DNA from: Octopus vulgaris
Lineage: Eukaryota
Direction of reading: 5' to 3'
Length of the DNA stretch: 64,000 bases
Assembly (NCBI GenBank): GCA_951406725.2
Contig: OX597816.1
Span: forward strand, 88,102,001-88,166,000
Shown: positions 54,633 to 64,000 of the stretch, piece by piece
Position numbering within the stretch: the stretch's first letter is position 1
How the letters are laid out: every line of letters begins with the position of its first letter
Program-made: the position numbers and the translations under genes
Notes under the pieces: model-generated
The model's input: only the letters and a program-made list of their open reading frames with translations
Database searches by the model: none
What the model was told of the DNA's origin: nothing

Positions 54633-55127
54633 TCAGCACTTTTCGGACGATTCTGGTCCATGTTAGTGTATGCTTTCATAGTTCTTATTCCTAGCGATGT
54701 AGGTGTTTCGTAACAACATAGTCACATTTAGTGACAATTAAATGTGTGTATGTGTGTGCGCGCGCGTGTGTGTGAGGTTAGTATTTGAAAGTAAATTTAA
54801 GAATAACAATGGAACATTTATTGCTGGTGACGAGTCAATTGTTGGAGTAGATTTATATTTGTTATGAGATTCGATTTGTGTGGAACTTGAAGGTGAGCAC
54901 ACAGTAAATGCGGCAGTGACTAGGTCAGAGTAGTGAGAGAAAAATATTGATATCTCATGAAATAAATTTAGATTGAAAAGTAATTTGATAAATGTGAGTA
55001 TTAAGAAGTGTGCATAACCGATGTGCAACAATGAAATTGCTTCAGTTTTAGCAGCCGAAATTTCTCATTTCTGGAACCAGAAAGTCTTGTTAGGGACTCA
55101 TGCAAACTCTGCTTTAACTAATATATT

Positions 55128-55174
<47 letters not shown>

Positions 55175-55175
<1 letters not shown>

Positions 55176-55600
55176 AACATTCAGGTTGAAAGGGTAATAG
55201 AAGCTCGGTCTGATTTAGTAGCAGTAGATAAAGAGAATAGAAAGTTCGAGATAATTGACTTTACAGTCCAAAATGATGAAAAAAATCAATATGAGAGGTA
55301 TAGAAAAAATAGCAAAGTACCAGGACCCAGCCATTGAATTGCGGAGATTATGGAAAGTGGTGATAAAATGTACCCCAGTAGTTATAGGTGCTTTGGGAAC
55401 TATCCCTAAATATCTGAACAGATGAACAGATGAAATAGGCATAAAATCCAGTTTAGTACAGCTCCAGAAAACAGTGTTATTAGGGACAGCTAGAATATTT
55501 AGGAAGGTTCTTGGCATCTAAGGTTACTTGTTATAGCCCGATGTTAGAATTTTTTCTTCTTTTCCATCTATTGTGTGTATATAAAAATAAATAATCATAA
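55175..55600 (+). mobile_element. R4/Dong-type retrotransposon 3' end (RLE domain)
   Basis: IEAR(S)DLVAVDK..IIDF..EKIAKYQD.AIELRRLWK..PVVIGALGTIPK..LQKTVLLGTARIFRKVL*; begins after (TAG)n and ends in a TAA-like tail. Confidence 0.88.
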
Positions 55601-56110
55601 GCGCAGCACAGCCCATCCAAATGAGGGCAGATAGACTCCTCCAAGCTTGATGAAGCTATGACGAAATCACTCCTTGCCAGTAAGGTTAAAATGGACGCTT
55701 CATGCAACATGCAGACTGGAAACAGATTACACCGCATCGTCCATCATGCGGGTTGCCAAAGGACGCGTCCCTCAGTGAGGAACCAATGCGAGGTCGAAAA
55801 TTTGAAAATTGAAACAAACTCCAGGGAAAATGATCCTGAGGGAAATCAGAACCGAGAAATCAGGCAAACACCAAATAATACAAACTCCGAAAGAACCATT
55901 AAAGATAGATGGACGAGAGAGGTGTATAAGGAAGACACGACAGCATTCTACACAGCACTGAACCAAGCAGTACTTAAAAAAGCTGAGTTGTGTTTCAATA
56001 GCAGGAGAGATATGATAAGGGACGGCACGCGTGATTATATCGATGCAAACAAATTAGCCAACGTACGCAGATACATCATGCCTAATAACCGTCAAGACTC
56101 AAACAATTGT
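55601..56110 (+). mobile_element. R4/Dong-type retrotransposon 5' portion
   Basis: RWTREVY..AFYTAL and DANKLANVRRYI..NNR resemble the N-terminal region of R4/Dong ORFs. Confidence 0.6.
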
Positions 56111-56300
56111 GTTGACATCAACCGCCTACATTCTTAGGAAGTTTCTCTCCATCTAATATATACGTGCCTTAGGTCTCTGGTTGAGAACCCGGTCAGATGA
56201 AATAGTGCAATTCAATCGGAAAATGATGACGATGATGACGACGACGACGACGATAACAGCAACGACAACAATAATAATAACATTATTATTATCATTATTA

Positions 56301-56412
<112 letters not shown>

Positions 56413-56429
56413 TAATAATAATAATAATC

Positions 56430-57009
<580 letters not shown>

Positions 57010-57013
<4 letters not shown>

Positions 57014-57322
57014 CAAAGGTAATAAACCAGATATTTTTGTGAAAGACCAAAGCAATAAAATCTGTTTATTGGTTGACATGAGCATACCTTGTGATCATAA
57101 TATATCGACAAAAGAATTTGATAAGCGCAGAAAATATAAAGATCTGCTGACAGAAATCGAAAAAAAAATGTGGCATCTCAGGGAGATTATAATACCAGTG
57201 ATTGTATGAGCGCTTGGAATGATCAGAAAAGAAACTGAAAATTATTTAAGAATGAACCCTAGTTTACCATCCATGCAGAAAGTGCAAAAGATTGTCTTAA
57301 CTGGTACGTCACACGTACTGAA
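57010..57322 (+). mobile_element. R4/Dong-type RLE domain fragment after (TAA)n
   Basis: NKPDIFVKD..CLLVDMSIPCD..KEFDK..KYKDLLTEIEKKMWHL..IPVIV*ALG..VQKIVLTGTSHVLK (PD..D..K catalytic motif). Confidence 0.88.
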
Positions 57323-57530
57323 GGCGTTGTGCTGTCAGAATCGTTAGCATTGTGGGCGAAATGCTTGGCGGTATTTCATGTTTTTACGTTTTGAGTTCAA
57401 ATTCCGCCCGGGTCGACTTTCATCCCTCCGGGATCGATAAAATAAGTACCAGCTGAGTACTGGGATCGATGTAATCGACTTACCCCCTACCCCAAATTTC
57501 AGGCTTTGTACCTATGATAGAAAGGATTAT
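57322..57530 (+). mobile_element. SINE group E
   Basis: GAGTTCAAATTCCGCC.GGTCGACTTT..GATCGATAAAATAAGTACCAG. Confidence 0.8.
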
Positions 57531-57703
57531 TATTTTTTTTTACGAGGAGCACCATATATTCATACGCATATATATGCATGCTCACATATTTACGTACATA
57601 CAAACATACATGCACACATCCAGCTATCCATCCATCCATCCTTCCATACATACATACATACATACATACATACATACATACATACATACATACATACATA
57701 CAT

Positions 57704-57810
57704 ACCCTGTTGTTGATGTTGAAATTCCAATGAAGGAACCTTGGATCTAGATTAGAAACCGGGTCTTTCTCTGTTGGCAAGAACTCTTGAATTAAACTGA
57801 ACAATGACAT
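57704..57810 (+). mobile_element. Terminal 3'UTR fragment of the (TACA)n-associated RLE element
   Basis: CCCTGTTGTTGATGTTGAAATTCCAATGAAGG..TTGGATCTAG.TTAGAAACC matches 2699-2792 and 36360-36465. Confidence 0.75.
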
Positions 57811-58469
57811 ACATATATTAATATATATTTATATACACATATATCATCAACTATAAATACGTACATACCAACACATATATTCATATACTTGCATGCTTAT
57901 ATGAACACGCACAGATACATATACATGCATATATATATACATGTGTGTGTGGCATATACACTCACATTCAAACATGCGCACGTGTGTATATCTGTGCATA
58001 TGGAAAATGAGAGCTTGTAGCGTTTATATGCATGTGTGAGAGAATGTACAACTATTTCTGTTTTTTCTTTGGACCGAGAACGTAGGCGATGTGGGTATAA
58101 AAATTTGCTCCTAATCGCTATTGTCTCCACAAGTTGACTTACACTACATAAGACTTCGCAAGCAGCTGGCTGAAGCTGCCTCTCGAATGTGAGCTCTGAC
58201 ATAGACAGTTGCCGTCTTTTTCTCTTTCTCGTTTCTCTCTTTGTCTTCATTTCATACTCTCCTCTAATTACTCTAATGCTATTTCTGTTGTTCTTACTTG
58301 TTCATATTTTTCCCGTAAGACTTTTCGTTACTCTTGATCTCTCTCTCTTTCTCTCTCTCTCTCCCTCTCTCTTCATCCTCTTTTTTCTCTTTCCCCTTAG
58401 TCTCTTTCTCTCTTTTCAAAATGTTCAATCAAATTTTCACTTGCAAAAAGAAAACTAGTTAAAGTATAA

Positions 58470-58920
58470 TCTATTATATAAAATCCATTCTGTCTGTCTG
58501 TGTGTGTGTCTTCTAGGATCTCGTGCATCCTTCATCCGATTGCACTCAAATTTGATATGTAGATACCTACTGTATCAGGGCGTGTATAAATCTTGAAAAA
58601 ATTACAAAAATCGATTCCAGGTGAGAATGCGATCCATAAAGCTGTGGGAACGTGCATTTGTACGCGCAAGTACATCAGCTGTTGCGATCGATACTACGCG
58701 TACGCGAGAAAAATGCACGTGCAGTTTGCGCAAAAAAGCCGGCTGGCTTGAAATAATGCCACAAAATGGAACGGTCGGACAAGTTGTTTTGAGAAAATTT
58801 GGTTTAAATGTTTGACAATTCAGCACCGTCCATTGGACGGGGGGCGTTTTGCTCGAGAAATATAAAACAAAATGCAAAAGAATTATTGGTGCACATTTGA
58901 ACGGTGTATATAACAGTGAC
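58470..58920 (+). mobile_element. Helitron-like non-autonomous element, 5' part
   Basis: A|TCTATTATATAAA start, short (TCTG/TG)n, then CCGATTGCACTCAAATTTG, which is typical of metazoan Helitron 5' ends; 3' CTRR end not found. Confidence 0.55.
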
Positions 58921-59107
58921 TTGCAATCAATACCACTCACACACATATACACATTCAAACACACAGATGCATATATTTGAACACACCCGTATTAAAAATA
59001 AGAAATATATAAAAGAAAAGAAACTAAAACAAAACCAGCCAACGGCACAACTACATCTTTATATTTGAGGGTTTAGAATGTGCGAGAATATGTAACTCTA
59101 CTCATGT

Positions 59108-59320
59108 ACATGCCCACAAGGGGCTAAATATAGAGGGGACAAACAAGGACAGACAAAGGGATTAATACATCGACCCCAGTGTGTAACTGGTACTTAATTT
59201 ATCGACCCCGAAAGGATGAAAGGCAAAATCGACCTCGGCGGAATTTGAACTCAGAACGTAACGGGAGACGAAATACCGCGAAGCATTTCATCCGGCGCGC
59301 TAACGATTCTGCCAGCTCGC
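59108..59320 (-). mobile_element. SINE group E with 10-bp TSD
   Basis: TSD CTACTCATGT at 59098-59107 / 59321-59330. Confidence 0.88.
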
Positions 59321-59529
59321 CTACTCATGTTCTGTGTGGAATACAAACCTTGCTGAGGTAGTTTTTCTTGTTTAACTCCCAGTCAGACATGTCGCAGACA
59401 ACAACGATCAAATGTGCTTTGTTCGGAGCTATATATTGAGGTATAGTTCACGTTATCTATTCATTTTTGAGATGGATGGATTCGATTCTCTGATAGATTG
59501 TACTCTGATATTGTAGATTTGACATTGGC

Positions 59530-59548
59530 TAGTCTGTCTGTCTATCTT

Positions 59549-59593
<45 letters not shown>

Positions 59594-59648
59594 ATATATA
59601 TATATCTATCTATCTATCTATCTATCTACTTATCTATCTCTCTATCTC

Positions 59649-59724
<76 letters not shown>

Positions 59725-59760
59725 CATATCTTTCTATCTGTCTGTCTGTCAGTCAGTCTA
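59530..59760. repeat. (TCTA)n/(GATA)n microsatellite
   Basis: Visible; others at 11022-11088, 28718-28782, 47852-47912. Confidence 0.95.
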
Positions 59761-61434
59761 CATTGTGTGTTTGTGTGTGTGTGTGGTGAGGTGAAGGAGT
59801 ACTTTCAAAATATCCTGATGCAAATATTCTACACACATGCACAGAAAGGCACCCCCTCACGCACGCACACACACACAAATACACATACATATCTATAAGA
59901 TATCATTAAGATATCTATAAGATTTCATTACAAGGAACTCACGCAATGATTCAATAAATACTGAAGTTATTATTTTTTATTGCGAAACCATCTGAGTCAA
60001 GAAACGCGAAAACGTACTTTTTAATATACACATAGAGTGGAAGTGTCGGAATGAGAACAATTACACTTTCTACATACTTAATAAGAAATACAATCCACTA
60101 CTATAGGACTATATGGAGATGATGGAATAGCCGCATGCAATAATAAATGTTGTCTTTACATTATTCACACATTTTCTGTATTTTGTAACGACAGGAGAAA
60201 GATAGGTGCACATTTTATACCTCTCTAAAAAACACTACAAACTGAAGTCGAATATAATAGTTTCAGATAAGCTGGGAAATTGTCCAGAGAATTTGTTAAG
60301 TCGAGGAAATGACAATTTAGTACCGTACCTACACTGATCGATCTATATGTAATGTGTCAAGGACAAGTTGAATAACGTGTCCTTTTTTGTTTTCGTTTTT
60401 CTAATTCAGCATAGCTTGAAATGAGGGAGATCTTGGTAGTGGTTTTTGCGAGTCTAGCGACCACATGCAGTTTGTTTGTTCTTCGCTGCCTCGAAATTAG
60501 TTATTTTCTCAACACTGTCTAATTTGTTTTCATGTTTGTCTAAAATACCTGCCGATGGAAAAAAAAACAGTCCCCCCTTACTATAGGCTAAAGGAAATAT
60601 TTTTCAATGTAGAAAACTTAATTGGTGTACATGAAAATGTATCTCCGTATAAATCAGTTTAGGTTTCTCATCAATAGATTTATATATATATATGAATGTG
60701 TATTTCAGATGTTTATATTTGTCAAATGACATAAATGTCCAGCTTTGTTCTTGTTAAGTGTATTTAAGTCTAATCAGAGATATGCGTATTTCCTTTTACG
60801 TTATACTATACCCTGGAATTGAAGAATTAGTATTAATATATTTACAGCTGAGAGCATAAAAATGATAACTGGAAATAAGCGTAAAGAAAAAAAGGCATTA
60901 GCTAATATTATCTTGAGATAAGTTAGAGGAACAACCCTGGATATATTTTGGCCTTATTATGACAATCCTAAGCGAAGTATATGGTTCACAATACATACGA
61001 AAATAATTCTGCCAGCAATACTACACCTAGTGAAATAAAAGTACAGACATCTGTCTGGCGCGCAGTGACCGACGACAGAATGTTATAGTTAGTCTACTGC
61101 GTTTCTGACAATATAATGCCTACCTTTTAAGGTTTATTATGACATTCTGTAACCCCTTTGAGCGTGTGCATTTTTCAATTCTAGTACAATATGCATTGGT
61201 TGTTATAGATAAATGGAATTGTTTTTAGAGAATATATGTCACAGAGCCATCATCTTCCTGAAAATCTTTTACTTAAGTAATTGCTAACAACCGATATAAA
61301 ATGCATCAAGATAGTACACGGAAATGTACATAGGTAGGGTTAGGAGAGTTTATTAATCATTAACTTATTTTGATTCTTACAGCAAATCCACCTTGAAACT
61401 CCCTGCGTATCGGTACATTCAGAGATGAGTTTAT

Positions 61435-61803
61435 ACTTTTCTACTCTAGGCACAAGGCCCGAAATGTTAGGAGAGGGGGCCAGTCGATTAGACCGACCAC
61501 CGTATGCAACCGGCAGTTAATTTATTGATCCCGAAAGGTTGAAAGGCAAAGTCGACCTCGGCGGAATTTGAACTCAGAATGTAAGGACCGACGAAATACC
61601 TATTTCTATTTCTTTACAAGGGGCTAAACACCGAGAAGGCAAACAAGGACAGACAAACGGATTAAGTCGATTATATCGATCCTAGTGCATAAACGGTACT
61701 TATTTAATCGACCCCGAAAGGATGAGAGGCAAAGTTAACTTCGGTGGAATTTGAACTCAGAACGTCGCCCAACGCGCTAACATTTCTGCCAGCTCGCCGC
61801 CTT
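61435..61803 (-). mobile_element. Two-unit composite of SINE group E
   Basis: Two Meta-like cores joined at ...GACGAAATACC|TATTTC... Confidence 0.82.
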
Positions 61804-61964
61804 GAAATGAGTTTTATATAAACAACAATGTAGTCTCGTGATGACAGTATAAGCACTGTTGGTCTTTTATCTAATATTCTAGCATATAATAATGGGCTTT
61901 AACTGACATTCACTTAAATTTTGTGTCCGTATCGGGATACAGTTTGCACTGATATAGTAATACC

Positions 61965-62191
61965 TATTTCTTTATTACCCACAAGGGGCTAAACACAGAG
62001 GGGACAAACAAGGACAGACATAGGTATTAAGTCGATTACATCGACCCCAGTGCGCAACTGGTACTTATTTAATCGACCCCGAAAGGATGAAAGGCAAAGT
62101 CGACCTCGGCGGAATTTGAACTCAGAACGTAACGACAGACGAAATACCGGTAAGCATTTCGCCCGGCGCGCTAACGTTTCTGCCAGCTCGC
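61965..62191 (-). mobile_element. SINE group E, young full copy with 16-bp TSD
   Basis: TSD CTGATATAGTAATACC at 61949-61964 / 62192-62207. Confidence 0.9.
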
Positions 62192-62721
62192 CTGATATAG
62201 TAATACCGTACACTTGAAAGCTCTCAGAAAACCAGCTGGACTGTTAATGACTATTGTTGTCATGACAATTATGTGGACCAACTTATGCTGAATACATTGG
62301 TATAACTTATTTTCAACATAAGTCATTAGTGGCTGAAATGACAGTAATGTTGGGTGAGTTGGAAGTATCTGCGAGGCACGTTCGGTGTGTTTATGAGCTA
62401 GATATTTATCTTGCAGTAGAAATTTCGTCTATCTCTAAATGGAAATCAGTCGATAGAAATGACAGCTTATACCTAGTCGTTTATAGTTCTAGGTTCAAAT
62501 CCCCATGTCATCAATCGCTTACTACCACTTGCGTGACCATCGTTCAAAGTTAAACTCGCTAAAATGAAATAAAAGGGTTGTTCCTTGAAACATATGTACT
62601 CATAAGATGTTTTGCCTTCTATCTTACTGTACACAATGCCCTAAAATATCATATATGGTAAGGAATATTCGTAGTATTTTTCTTCCTGTCTTTTTACGAG
62701 TATGAACTTACTAGGAAGAGA

Positions 62722-64000
62722 AGATTCCCGGTCCCTTCGCTCCCACCCCTTTTAGTCGCTTCTTATGCCACGCAGGGAATACAATGATTGCATTCTACCG
62801 ATACCCCCCAGTCGCAAGTGTTGCGGTTGTATGGAGTAGATGGTAGATTGTTGAGAGCTGTTCAGAGTTATTATAGAGAAAATAAGGCATGCGTTTGGGC
62901 GAGTGGTGAAGCGAGGGGTTTGATGTGAAGGTGAGGATTAAGACAGGGTTGGGTGATGTCTCTGGGGCTGTTTAATTTCTATATGGATGGTGTGGCGAGA
63001 GAGGTAAATGCTAGAACCTTTGGCAGGGGAACACAAATGGTGGGAGAAATGGCATGTGAGTCGGTTGTTCTTTGCTGATGATACAGCTCTGGTGGTAGAT
63101 TCAGAAGAGCAACTGAGGAGACTGGTGGCAGAGTTTGGAAGAGTGTGTGAGAGGAGGAAACTGAAAGTGAATGTAGTTACGAGTAAGGTGATGAGATGTA
63201 CGAGAGATGGAATGGCTGGTAGCTTGGATGTGAGTATAAATGGTGAGATGTTAAAGGAGGTGAGTGTTTTTAAGAACCTGGGATCACATGTGACGGCGGA
63301 TGGGATACAGAGTGAGGGAGGGGAGTAAGATACTTGAAGTTGTGAAAGGTATTCTGAAAGATAAAAGGTTGAGTATGAAAGCAAAATGAGGTGTGTATGA
63401 GGGCGTGATTTTGCCGACAATGTTATATAGTGCAGAGACGTGGGGGCTGAGAGAGGCGGAAAGGAAGCGACTAGATGTGTTTGAGATGAGATGTCTCAGG
63501 GATATGGTTGGTATGACACGGATGGACAGGATAAGGAATGGAGAGGTGCGCAGGAGAGCAGGAATGAGAGAAAACTAACAAGCAAAATGAATGGACGAAT
63601 GTTGAGGTGGTTTGGCCATATGGAGAGGGTGGATGAGGAGCGGATGGTAAGGAGGGTGATGAAGGCAGAAGTAGTAGGCAGCAGAACCAGAGGCAGACCT
63701 CGGTTTGTGAGGATGGATGGAGTGAGGAAAGCTTTGGTGTTAGAGGTGTTGGGGTGAGAGAGGTAAGAGAGTTTATAAATGAGAGGAAAGCTTGGAGAGT
63801 GTTTGTGGATGGATGAGTGAATTTGATGTTGCTCAAAGGGTTACGGAACCAACATGACGCGGCGGGGGTAAGCCAGCATATGCTGTCGGGTTCCGCTGCT
63901 GATACTGGGGTTGTGTTCTATGCCTTGACCTGAACATAGAACGGGGCCCGCCACTTTGAGCTGCGAAATGAATGGAATGCTTGGTGTGTGTCTTGTTGTG
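62722..64000 (+). mobile_element. RTE-clade LINE: RT/C-terminal fragment and 3'UTR, with an apparent inverted 5'-end segment (62722-62810)
   Basis: LRQGWVMS..LFNFYMD, LFFADDTALV, LPTMLYSAETW, FEMRCLR, LRWFGHMER, RGRPR are RTE ORF2 motifs; frameshifted; runs to the window end. Confidence 0.9.

Larger units (their letters stand above)
52898..54736. mobile_element. Composite with ~190-230-bp HHR-bearing inverted repeats enclosing an ORF1-like pseudogene
   Basis: Arms 52898-53131 and 54548-54736 (TCACTAAATGTGACTA... / ...TAGTCACATTTAGTGA). Confidence 0.75.

Noticed and set aside
52899-54734. CACTA...TAGTG termini suggesting a CACTA/EnSpm transposon
   Set aside because: No matching 2-3 bp TSD, inverted similarity extends beyond CACTA, there is no transposase, and the arms contain hammerheads.
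55601-55680. Possible HDV-like ribozyme at the 5' end of the R4/Dong element
   Set aside because: I could not assemble the P1/P2/P3 nested pseudoknot by hand; this needs a descriptor search.

Overview
This is repeat-rich eukaryotic (metazoan) DNA, not prokaryotic. The tRNA-derived SINE families and very dense (TA)n/(TACA)n/(CA)n/(TAA)n microsatellites resemble an octopus-type coleoid cephalopod genome (my recognition; no search was run). I find no intact host gene, rRNA, true tRNA gene or CRISPR array, and most ORF-track entries are translations of microsatellites. The identifiable content is decayed mobile elements. DNA transposons: a FLYWCH-MULE with TIRs, a full-length Tc1, and mariner, Chapaev3-like and Helitron-like remnants. 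Retroelements: Tx1/L1 RT and ORF1 fragments, an RTE RT fragment, R4/Dong-type RLE retrotransposons in (TACA)n and (TAA)n arrays, Penelope-like (PLE) fragments, and at least three SINE groups. The main hidden signal is about a dozen type I hammerhead-ribozyme (HHR) motifs read by eye on both strands. They have short palindromic stem III (the dimer-cleaving type known from PLEs) and mostly sit in short (TA)n-anchored, often fold-back elements. They include core variants (recurrent A6U, compensated G3-C8). One 1.84-kb structure has two outward-facing HHR-bearing inverted repeats enclosing an ORF1/gag-like gene with no RT. All folds were done by hand and ribozyme activity is untested.
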